DNA from: Candidatus Eiseniibacteriota bacterium
GTDB lineage: Bacteria > Omnitrophota > Gorgyraeia > 2-02-FULL-51-18
NCBI GenBank assembly: GCA_035496715.1
Contig: DATJEK010000131.1
Location: 1 to 52,169, forward strand
Length of the DNA stretch: 52,169 nt
Reading direction: 5' to 3'
The translations under genes and the position numbers were made by a program. This document shows, one piece after another, positions 20,601 through 32,600 of the stretch. The notes under the pieces were generated by a model. That model saw only the letters and a list, made by a program, of their open reading frames with translations. It searched no databases and was not told where the DNA came from. Each line of letters begins with the position of its first letter. Position 1 is the first letter of the stretch.

Positions 20601-23600
20601 AAATTCTCCGTCACGATCGCGGACGTGGAATATTTTTTGGAGCCCGTCTGGAGGTCCGCGAGGATCCGCAGGTTGTGGCCGAGCTGGCTGCGCAGCTCAC
20701 CGGAGGCGGGATCCTGCTCCCCGACGGCGGCGATCTGCTGGTTCAACACTTCGTTGTAGGCTTCGAGGGCCCCCTGCACCGCCGACGCGCTCTGGTCCAT
20801 GTGCCGGGAGGTCCTCAGGATCTGCTCGAACTCGCGGACGAGCCGCTCGATGATGACGTCGAAGCGGTCCAGCTCGGCGGCCGCCAGCTGCTCGGCCTCG
20901 CGCACTTCGTCCGGCTTCCGGTCGGACGGATTCGCGTAGTCGTACAGCCGGGCGAGGACGAGCGATTCGGCCCTCAGGAAATCCAGGATCTTGTACAGCA
21001 TCGCCTTGTCGAGCGTGCCAACGCCCATCGAGGTGCGCTCGATCTCGTCCATGATCCGGCGCATGAGAAGCGAAGCCGGGTTGGTCTTCAGGTCGGACTC
21101 GCTGATGACCGCCGCCTCGCGGTTGACGAAGGCGAGCGCGAGCTCCTGCTCCCGGTCGCCCAGCGCCGTCCGGATCGACTCGCGGAGATTGTCCATGAGG
21201 AGGCCGAACGCGGCGATTTCGCGCTCTCTCTGCTCCGGCCGCACGGGATAAAGGATCTCCTCGGCGCTGCGCGGGCTGAAAAACGCCACCTGTCCGCTGA
21301 CGGTCTTTTCCGGAGTCGTGCCGTCGCCCTGGACGAGACGCTCTTCGGCGAGGCGGGCCCCCGCGGTCGCGCGGAGTTCCGCCTTGGCGCCGTTGCTCAG
21401 CAAGTCGACCCGGTCGATGAAACGGCTCGTGGCTTCGTGGAGGCGCACGAGCGTCGGGTTGCCTCCCTGGAACCGCGCGTACTCCCGGCCGGAAGAAGCG
21501 AAAACCCAGGCGGCGCGGTTCAGATAGCCGCGGGCGAGATCGAATTCCTCCGCGGAGCGCTCGAGCCGCGAGCGGTCTCCGGAGCGCTTCCAATCCGCAT
21601 AAGCCGAACGGGCGAGCCTCCAGTGAAAAAGTCCCAGACCGCGCTCGGCGAAACCGGCGTCGGCGAGCGTCCGCCCTTTCCTGCGCGCCGGCGCCTCTTC
21701 GAGGGCCTTCGCGTACGCGGCGAGGGCCCTTTCGTAGGCGACGGGAGTCTGGCTGTCCCGGTCGGCGCTGCGGAGATTGCCCTGGCGCAGCAGCGCGTGA
21801 CCCGACAGGATCGCGGCGGCCGACAGGCGGGAACGCAGACGCTCGACGACGGAGGGCCGGACGCGGACGGCCAGACGGAGGGCCTCTTCGTACCGCCTCA
21901 CCGCCCTTTCGGCGAGGATGCGCTGCGATTCGGTCGCGCTCAGCGTCGCTTTCTCTCCGGAAAGCCGGCGGGCGCGCGCGGACAAGCGCTCGGCGCGCTC
22001 GACGGTGGCAAACAGGAGCGCCAGCTCCTTCGACAACCGCGCCCCGCGCCGGTCGGCGGCGCGCATGAACAGGATCCTTTTTTTCTCCTTGATGGCGGCC
22101 GAATATTCCTCGATCCTCTGCTGGAGTTTCGTCCGGATTCCGCGCGCGACGCCGGGCATCCGTCCGATCTCGTCCAGCAGGCCCACTTCGAAGCCCAGGT
22201 ACTCGGGCAGGCTGTTCGAGCGCTCCTCGGCCGCGAACCGGTCGACCCTCGCGCGATATTCCTGGTACAGGCCTTCGGCCGTGAGCCCGGCGGCCGCCGC
22301 CGGGACGCTTTCCTGTTTCTTCTTCAGGAGCAGCCGGACCTCGTTCGCCAAGCCCAGCCGCCGCGCCTCGTCGAGGAGCTCGCCCGACTGGGTCCGGATC
22401 GCCTCCGCGTCCTTCAGGTCCGCGACCCGCGCCAAAAGCGCCCGGCGGCCGGACCAGACGGCTTCGAGCTCCCGGCGGCGTTCGTCGACGACCGTTTGGA
22501 TCCTGGGCTTCACCCCGTGTTCCTCGGCGCTCCGCAAAAGGAGACCGGCGCGAAGATCGAACGTGGTCGCGTCGTCGGCCTTGATCTGCCGGGCCGCGCG
22601 CTCGAGTTTCGTGCCCTCGTCGGTCCGCTGCTCGTACTCGCGGGTCACCTGGCGGCGGCGCTCGTCGACGGCGCGCGCGAGACCGCGGCGGACGTCTTCC
22701 GAAGGAACCGAAGCGAGGAAACCCTCGAGAGCCTTTTCGAACGCCTGAGGAGACTCCGAGTCGAGCCGCTGGATCTCGGGCGAGCGCCTGCGGATCTCGG
22801 CCTCCACGAACCTGCCGCGGCGCTCGGCGACGTAGGGCGCGAGCGCCTCGCGGACGGCGTCCGAGCGGCCGGAGAGCGCGTCGGCCAGGCCCGAATCGAA
22901 GCTTTCGAGAGTCGCCGCGTTCAGCGCGTCGATCCGGAGCTCCAGAAGCGACGCCTCCCGCTCGATCGCCTTCGCGTCGACGACCGGGACTTCCTGCGCC
23001 GGCGGGATCGCGGTGGTGGGCGTCACGGCGGACACGGCGGGAACCGGTTTCACCGTCGTCACGACGGGTTCCGCGGCGGCCGGCTGGGTCACGACCGGTT
23101 GAACGGCGACGGCATCCGCGGCGGAGGGTTTCGTGACGGCCGGCTGAATGACGGCGGGTTTTGTGACGGCGACGGATTCAGCGGCGGAAGGCCGGGCGGC
23201 GGTCACCGGTTTCGCGGCGGACGAAGGCGCGGCGCGTTTCACGGGCGCGGCGGCGGGCGCGAGATAGGCGGCTTCCAGAGCGGCATGCTCCTGCCTCTCC
23301 GCGGTCGTGATCGGCTTCTCGCTGAGATACGACGCGAGCGTGAAACCGTTTCTCTTTTTCCAATTGCTCCACGCCGGAGCCTTGATCGCCAGACGGCGCA
23401 CGAGATAGCTGTCATTCAACGCCGCCCCTTCGGGCGCGGCGGCCAGGATGCGCCGCACGCCGGCGAGGCGGTTGTCGGGGCTGTGGCTGGACACCTGGCG
23501 ATACAGCGGCAGGACCCGCTCCTCATCTTTGTGCTGGTTGAGCCACGACCAGAGCGTGTTGCCGGCCACCGCCTCGATGCCGCGGGCGGTCATGAGCTCG

Positions 23601-26600
23601 GCCAGTTCGTTCACGGTGAATTCGCGGTATGGATTGCCTTCCAGGATCGCGGCCAGACCCGCGTTCACCGAGGTCACGCGAGCGGCGAAGAGGTCGGCCG
23701 ACGTTTTCCTGAACGAGACCCCCTCGGCCTCGAGCGTCGCTCGGCCCAGAAGGTCCCCGAGGTCGTAGATCTGCGTGGAGCTGAGCGTGGAATTGGCGAC
23801 GAGGTTGGCGACCGTCGCCTCGGTCGATTTTTCCTTCAGATCCGCGATCGCACGGCGCAACTCGGCCCAGTTGGCCTTGCTGCGCGGCCCCAGCTCCGCC
23901 AGCCTCGCGCCGTAAACCGCGTCGAGCGACTGCCAGAGGACGGCCGTCCTGTTGCCGAGGAGGGCGGACAAAAACGGTCCGCTCGTGTCGATCGAGAGGA
24001 CGACGGCCGCGTGCGGCAGCCGGTTCACGGTTTCCCCGGTTTCCGCGTCGACGATCTTCACGGTCCAGCTTTCGTCGCTGACGGCGAAATAACGCCCGCC
24101 CTCGAGAAAGCGCACGGTATGCGTCACGCCGGCCCGGACGGGTTCGCGATACGCGAGACGGCCCTGCGGATCCACGGGAAGGCCGTCTTCCAGGTCGAAC
24201 AGCGTCACCCCGGCGGGCGAGGCGGCCGCGAGCCGTCGTCCGTCGGGCGAGAGCGCCACGCTGTCGTGGTTCGGGACCGTCACCGAGCCGGCGAGCCGGC
24301 GCAGGAGGGCGTCGTAAATGTGGATCTTTCCGTCGATCGTCGCGAAATAAACGGTCGTCCCCCCGGGCAGGACGTGCGCGCTGCGGATCGCGGATCCCAG
24401 ATCCAATTCTTCGCGGACGAACGGCAGGTGCGCGCGAATCTCCCAGGGGACGACCCTGCCGTCGGCTCCGGCCGTGAAAACCCTCCCCGCCCGCGGAACG
24501 ACCGCGGCGTCGGTGACGGCCCTCAGGTGACGAAAATATTCCGCGGGACCCGGGCGCTGAGACGGCGTTTCCGCGCCTTCAATTTTCCAGAAGAGGACTT
24601 CCCCTTGGGCGTGCATCGAAATCAGCGTCGAGTCGTCCAGGAACGCGAGTTTCGAAATGCCGGATTGGCCCGGGATCGACGCGATCAGCGCCCCGCTGGC
24701 GGCGTTCCAGATCAGGATCCCGGAGTAATCCCGCGAATTCGCGGTCGCGACCAGGCGCCCGGACGGCGAGAAGACGGCGGCCGATATGGCGCTTCCCTGG
24801 TCGAGCCTGCTCTGCAATTCTCCCGTCTGGGCGTCCCAGATGAGCGCCGTGTTGTCCGCGGAGCCGGTCAGGAACCACCGGCCGTCCGGCGACACCGCCG
24901 TCGTCACGAGACTGTCCTGATGACCCGCCGCGATCACCTTCTGTCCGAAAAACGACCGGAGCTCCCGCGCGGTGCGCGCCTCGTCCAGGCGCCTCATCTG
25001 GGAGACGACCCAGGCGACGTCGCGGGCGTTGACCTGCTCGTCCAAAGCCACGAGCAGCGCGTGGAAGAGGCGGAAGAGGGATTCCCGGTCATGGACGGAT
25101 GACGCGGCCTCCACCCGGGCCTCGATGTCCCGTTTGACGGCGTCTTTTTCCTCCCAGCCGTTGGGGCGGGCGCGATGGATGTCGTAGAGCAGGCCCAGGC
25201 CCAGCGATTCGTAAATCTGCTGGCGCTCGATCTCGAGCGCGGGCTCGTGCGCGGCGACGGCCGGAGCCGGAGACTGGCGGCGGTCCTTCATCGATTCGAC
25301 CACGAGCTTAAGGAACGCGGCCTTGCCCCGCGCGTCTCCCGGATAGAGGGCGTCCGCGGAACGGCGCAGCGCGTACAATTCGTCCTCTCCGTAGGCCGGC
25401 GCCTGGCCCGGCGACGCGGGCCGCCGGTATTCGGGAAAAGCCAGGAGTCCCGCCGCCAGCGGATTGAAGAGCGGGGATCGCTCCGCCTGGTGGACGACGT
25501 TCATCGCGACGCCCGCGATCATCTGGAACTTCTGGAACGAGCGCGGATCGGTGACCCTCGCCGAGAAGATGTTGAACGCGACGGTCCCCTTGGGAGAAAG
25601 ATACCAGGGTGTCCCGTTCTTGCGCATGACCGTGTCCCCGGCCAGCGCCGTGTCGTACATCGTGCTGCGCGAGAGGTTGCCGATCGGCGCCAGGCGCGAC
25701 CAGTAGTCTTCCATGAACTTGAAGATGAAAACCAGGCGCTTGTCGAAGCCCGTGCTCGGCTTCGTGTGGCCGACGTGGATGTGGATGGACGAGCGCAGCT
25801 GCGTGTCGCCGCGCTGACGCGTGCGCTGCCATTCCTCCAGGGCGTGCTGGATGCGCAGGAGGCCCTCGTTCAGCTGGTGGAAGCTCTTCTCGTCGTTGCT
25901 CAGGATGTCCGTGTTGAATTCGATCGACTTGTCCTCGAGGTTGAACGCGGAGCTGTCGATCTTCATGAGCCAGCCCCAGCGCCCCGGCTGCTCGGTGAAC
26001 AGGCCGTCGGGGAACCGGAGATCGTCGAGAAGGGTCGAGCGCAGGAACGTGTAAAACCGCCCGGTCTCGAAATTGTCGTACGCGCCGCTCGGGTCGGTGA
26101 CCGCGATCTCGATCTCGAACCCGAACGTCATGTCCGCGGGAAGCCCCTTCACCCCCGAGAGCGAGTAGAAAAAGTTCGTGTCGATCTTCGAGAGGAGTTC
26201 GAGGTAGGCCGCGTAGGCGCCGCTCGAGAGGGCCGCGAGGCTCGCGGCCGGGCCGTCGACGAGACGTTCCAGGAATTCACGCGGCTGGGCCGACAGGTCG
26301 AGCGAGGCGGCCGCCCGCAGGTAGAGCTCGAGGGTGTGCGGGTTGAGCGCGGACAGCTGCCGGGAGACCGCGACGATGAGCTCGCCGGCCGGCTTGATCC
26401 TCGGCGCGTCGCCGTAGTCGTGGATCGCCTTCACGAGCGCGTTCGTCCGGACCGGCACGTCGAGTGCCCCGGGGATGCGGCGCAGGATGTCGTAGATCTT
26501 GGCGCGGAGCTCCGGCGACAGCGGGCGTTGGAGCGCCAGCGACTTCTGCAGGAGGAAAACCAGCGGCGCGGCGTCGAGCGGTTCGGGCAGGAGCCCGTAA

Positions 26601-29600
26601 AAGAGCTCGAGGTCCGTAAAAATCCTCATCGCGCCGGATTCGTCCCGCTCCATCGAGCGGAAAAAGTCCTGCCAGGCCTCGACGTCCGATTCGCCCAGCC
26701 GGTTCACGCGGCGGACCTTCGCGCCGAGCTCCGCCTCCAGCTGCTGCAGCCCCTCGGAAGTCGGGACCACGAGGCTGTCCTCGGGAGCCCACAGCGAACG
26801 GCCGTCCGGCGAAGGATCGGTGGGCTGGATGCCGAGATCGCGGCGCGCGAGCAGGAACCGCTCCGCCTGGCGGACCACCGGTGAAGTCTCCGAAGCGGCC
26901 GGGTCCGCCTGAATGCGCTTCAACTCGTCGTACAACGTCCGCGCGCGCGAACGCAGCGCGGACGATTGCGCGTCGCGTCCCAGGCGAAGATCGACCATCG
27001 CCAGCTGGGCCAGCAGGCCCTGCACCGCTCCGGCGGGGCGGGTCAGGCGGAAAGAGCCCGGCAGGAGGATTTCGGTGCCGTCTTTCTTTTCCTCCTCGGC
27101 GAGCCTGGCGCCCAGGGCGCCGGGATCGATCCGGTCCAGGATCGGATACTCGAGGCCCGCTCGGACGATGAATTCCTCGACGGGCTCGTAGTCGACGTTG
27201 CTCAGGTGGGTGCCGAAGTAATCGATCTGATCGGGCGAAACGCGCACCTTGTAGATCGACCCGGCGTGTCCGGAGTAGGTGGCCGATTCCCGCGGATCCG
27301 CGGACAGGTAGAGCGGATCCGCCGGCCGCATCGCCTCTCCCGGGAAGAAGCCCTGCCGCCGAGACCCGTGATAGAGGACGAACGATTCGGTGTAGGGATA
27401 ACGGCGCATCAGGTGCCACAGCGAGGCGCGTTCCGCCTTTTCGGCGTGCGACCGCAGGACGGCGGCCAGTTCGCGCCGGTCGCCCCGCCGGAACGCGATG
27501 AGCTCGCGCGCGAAACCCAGAAGCCCTTCCGCGCCCACGGTTTCCGCGAGGCTCGAGAGGGTGAACGCGACTTTCTCCTCCTCCGTCAGGCCGTTTCCTT
27601 CGGTCCAATACCCTTCCACGTTGAAGACCGAATACACACCGGCGGTTTCGGCCGCGGAATAACGCGCCAGAACGGCGGAATAGCCTCCCGCCCGCTCGAA
27701 TCCTTCCAGGATGCCGTCGACCCGCCGGCGGCCCTCTTCGGATTCCGTCACGGCCAGGAGCTTCAGGACGGCTTTCACGGCGGTCGGATCGAGGACGAAC
27801 CGGGTCAGCGCGGTTCCTTCGGGAAGCGTGAGCTTGTCGTCGAATTTGTCGATGAGCTCGTCGGTCAATTCGGCCGCGATCGCCGACCGGAGCTTCCTGA
27901 CGAAGAGGACGATCCTGCGGGGAGTCGCGGTATGCCGCGGGTCGAACTCCTCGTCGAGCGATTTCATCTTCCTCTCCCACTCCAGACGCGCGGGCGCATC
28001 CGACGCGGGAATCAAGCGGCGCTCGACGGCCAGCCGCGCGCCCCGCTCCCCCTCGTCTCCCTCGCCGCGTCCCTGGTGGAGGTCCTTCAGGATGTCTTCC
28101 CTGGAACGCGTGCGCGGCAATTCCTTGCTGCCGCGGATCGACGGGACTTCCGTCCGGCGCACCATGAGCACCAGAAGCGGGATGAGCCCCACCGCGCCGG
28201 TCACGAGCCGTCGGAAAAAGTCGCGCATCATGGAGTCGAACTCGCGCTTCTCGCGCAGCTCCTGGCGGCCTCCGAACACCATCGCCGCGGCGTCCTGGGC
28301 GCCGCGTTCGACCGCCTCCGGCGAATCGGTCCGGAACCGCACGGGCGCGAAGGGCGGAGCGGCCATGTGCTTGTCTTTTTCCACGACCTCGAGCACGGCT
28401 TCGTTCGGGCGGTCGCCGCGGGAGATCCGGATGGCCTCGATCTGGTCGCGGCGCGCGCGGTCGGCCGTCATTCTCGAGAGCGCGTCTCCGAGCTCCCGCT
28501 GAATCGGCTCGGTCTGGGCGATCCCTCGGCCGGTCTCGTCGCGCACCTCGACCGCGAGCTCGGAAAGCGCGACGCGCCGCTCCGGCATGATCCAGCGGGA
28601 CGTGAGCCCGGGCCAGTACAGGAGTGAGGCGAGGAGCAGGCCGTACGCCACCGTGCCGAGCGGCCGGTAATTGGCGAGGAGAAAATCCCGGACGGACCGC
28701 AGAAGGCGCATGATTTTTTTGCCCAGGCGCGCTCCCCGCACATCCCGCACGTCCGGAGGGGCGATGAGATACCGGTCCCATTCCCGGATGAGCCCATCCC
28801 AAACCCGGTAGCGGTTCGTCAGTTCGTCCAGCATCCGCTCGCCTTCCTCGGTCACCGCGCCGCGCCGCGCCATCGCGTCGATCGTCGCGAGCAGGCGCCT
28901 GACGTGCCGGATGTTCCGGCCGGCCGCCGCGTGCGCGACCGCCGCCGGGATCAGGTCGTCGCGGAGATAATAGGTCGCGGTCAGGTCGTCGCGGAACGAC
29001 GCTTCGGCGAGAAACGCGCTGGCTTCCACGAAATAGCGGTAGAGCTGTTCGGGAACGCTCACGACGTCCAGCTGCAGGCTCCGGGGAACCTTGACGGGCT
29101 CCTCGTCTCCGAGGAGCGCCCGTTCCGGATGCTCCTGATGGAACTCGTGATGGTCGTTTTCGTGAATCACCGTGGAGGCCAGTTCGGCGTCGGACTGCGT
29201 GATCGGCGAGGCCAGGCGCGTCATGAACGGGTAATCCCGGTGGGCGCTTCCGGCCGCCCCGTGTTCCAGCTCGGACAGCACGATCAGATGGGTGTTCCGC
29301 AGGAGGCTCTGGTAACGCGAGCGCTCGTCGGTCCCCAGAAGCCGGACGATGTCGAACGCGCGGCCGAGGGCCGTCAGGGCTTCACGATCCACCCGCGGCT
29401 CGAAATTGCCGCCGACTACCGGGATCCGCGTGCCGGGCACGAGCCGGGCCTTCTTGAAAATCTCGACGCCCTGGTCGATCTTGCGGGAGATCCGTTCGAG
29501 CTCCGCGTTGATCGTGGCCGCCGGGAGATTCAGTTGTTTGAGCTGCATCACGCGCATCAGCGACGCCGCCAGCCACGGCCAGCGGTTCTCGACGAACTCG

Positions 29601-32600
29601 AGCTGGCGGGGCGTGAGTTTCGCCCGCTTCTCCTCGATCTGGCGCGCGAGACCGGCGCCGTACTCGTCGGCCGGAGAGACGTAGTAGAGCGCGGCCTCGA
29701 TGGAGGCGAGTCTTGCGCCACGGACTTCCTTGTATTGGGCGAGAGCGTTGGACAACTGAACGAACACGATCCTCTCCGCGGCGCCCTTCTCTTCCGGCTG
29801 CCACACGATTTCGACGGCCGGCGCCGCGAAGGGGCGCTGCAAATAGCGCGCGATCACGCCGAGGCGGCCCTGATAGGAAACGGTCGAGCCCGGATCGGCC
29901 AGCCGTTCGATCGCCTCCGCGACGACCGCGAAATCGCGCCGCTCCGTCTGGTCTTCGGGATCCGGCCTCAAGGACAGGTCGCTGAACCGGATCGTGACCG
30001 TGGAGAAATCCTTTTCGGGGGCGTCGTAGGCTTCGATCCGGCCCACGCGGCCGTCCAGAAGCACCCACGAGCCGGTCGGAATCCTCTTGGACGCGGCCTG
30101 GAGCTCCGGCGGCGCCTGAAGCTTGCGTTGGGCCTCGTAGATCACCAGGCCCGCCTTGACGAGCCGGTCGACCACGTCGTCGAGCTTGTCCGTCTGCCAG
30201 CCCTGCTTCAGCGCCAGCTCTTTGACGACGTCGAAGCGGTCCAGGAACGCGTTCATCTCCTCCAGGAGAGCCTCGAGGTCGGCTCTCGGCTTGGCGACTT
30301 CGGCGGCCGCGCGCCTGGCGAAGGCCTCGACGTCGGCGGCCCCCGCCTGGGCGGTCTGCTCGATCAGAAAATTGAAATACCCGAGGCCGACGATCTCTTT
30401 CTCCAACGCCTGTTTTTCGTCCTCCTTGAGCGGCCGGCGCTTGTTCGGTGACCACCAGCGGAACGTGCCGGCGGCGGCGTCGAACCACCCGCGCTTGCCC
30501 AGCTCGACCGGGTTGAGATTTTCATCGAGCTCGACGACTTCGATCCCCCGGTGTTTCTCGCCGTCGAAATCGAATTCGCCGAAGCGCACGAGCATGAGCT
30601 TGTCGTCGAAACGGTATCCCTGGAAATAGACGGGCTTGTCGTTGGGATCCACGAGGATGCGGGTCGGATGCCCTTCGCGGTCCCGGCGGCGGGCGCCCGT
30701 CTGGGTCCGGAAAACGACGGGTTTGGGCGTTTCGAGGGTTTCCGAAGCGCGGTACGACGAAAAACGCCGCGTGATCTCTTCCCAGGGACGCTCGAGCAGC
30801 CGGCTCCGCGGATTGTAGTACTTGGTCGTGATCAGCTTCCTGCCGTGCGGGTCGAAGGGCCCGCGCTCGGCGTCGCCCGGACGGGCCTCGTAGACGTCGA
30901 GACGGTTGGGTTCCACCGGCGAATTCACGATCAGCACTTCCTTGGGCATCTCCCTCTCGGCGCTCTTGAAAAGATCGCCCACGCGCAGGTTCAGGCCTTT
31001 GTAGATCAGCGCGGCCCCCTTGTCGTCCAGCTTGAGCTTCGCGAAATACACGCGGTTCGTGTCGCGCCGGCCGAGGAGCACGCGCTGGAACCAGATCAGC
31101 GTGCCGGGCACGTCGAAATAGAGCGTCTTCATCTCGAAGCGGCGGGTCCGGTCGTCCCTCTTCCATTCCCACCGGGCGAACGCGTTGCGCGTGCTCGTCT
31201 CGTCCGGGTCGAGATAGCCGTACACGAAGACCTTCCCCCTCTTCACGCGCACGTCCGCGTAGATCACCGCGAGATCGGGGTCCGTCGCGATTCCCTTGTA
31301 GCGGGCCTCGATCGAACGCGGCAGGTTGATCGTGCGGTCATCGTAACCGAACGCGAAATAGTTGTGGGCCGAATTGTTCTCCTGGCGCTCGATCGGGACG
31401 TTCGTCGTCAGGTCGGGCGCGTCGTCGCCGCGCAGGACCTTCAGCTTGAAGTGCTCGCGGCCGTTCACGAACCGCCCGCCTTCCCGGTCATACCAGCCCT
31501 CGTAGACGAGAAGATCGCCCGCCGCGCGGAAGACGGAAAGCCACAGGAATTTCTTTTCGTCCCGGCGCACGCGCACGCGAAGCGCGGTGTCCGGGAAGTC
31601 CGGGATCGTGACCGCCACCCGCCGGCCGTCGACACGGAAGAGCTCGATGCGGGCGCGCGCGTTGGAGGTCAATTCCAGGCCCGCGCTGTCGGGGCCGAGC
31701 GTCTTCATCGCCTCGTCGACGGCGGCCGGGTCGCCGGCGGCGAACGCGCGTCCGAGGAGCTTGCGGGGATCTTCGGGCTTGGCGGTCTCGGCCAGCCGGG
31801 CGCCCGCGCCCAGGCGTTTGTCGACCCGCTGGCGAAGGGCTTCCAGCGGCGCGCGGTTGGTCTCCAGGAAAGCCGCGATCGACGAGGAGAGCGAGTCGAT
31901 CGCCTCGGCGCCGGTCGGCTCGGGATACCCGGGGAAGGAGCCCAGCATGAATTCGAGGTCGCGGTAGATCCGGTCCGCGATCTGCAGCGGCCGGAACTCC
32001 GCGAGGTTCTTCCTGTCGGTGCGGTCGACCAGATTGCGGCCGATGATCATCTGCTGCTTGAACTCGGCCTGGCTCTCCTCGACGTGCGCCTTCAGCGTCC
32101 CGATCTGCGCGGCGAACTCCTCGGCCATCTCGCGCTCCTCGTCGGCGATCCAGGGACCGGCGTCTCCGCGGAAAAGTCGGAAAACGACGACCAGCTGGAG
32201 GTAGTCGTCGAGAAGCGCGTCGAGGTCGAGATCGGCGTCGAGATTTTTGCGCATGCGGATGATGAGATCCCGCGCGAGCGCCTGCCAGACCCCCATCTGC
32301 GTCAGCGCCGTCTGGATCTCCTCCTCGGTGACGGGGCGGCGGTTGTTGCCGGTCAGCTCGTTCAGCCGGCGGAAAAAATTGTCCTTCAGGAAACGGCGGG
32401 ACGTCACCGAGGGATCGGTGAGCGCGCGGTTCACCGCCTGCGTCAGCTCCGCGGGCAGGGCGAGAGCCCGGCCGTTGATCTCGGCGTTCCATTTTTCTTT
32501 CTCGATGGCCGCCAGCGCCTCGACGAGCCCCGTCAGGTCGGAGGGCACGACGCGCGACTGCACGAACAGCCGCTCGAGATCGGGCAGCGTGCGCTTGCCG

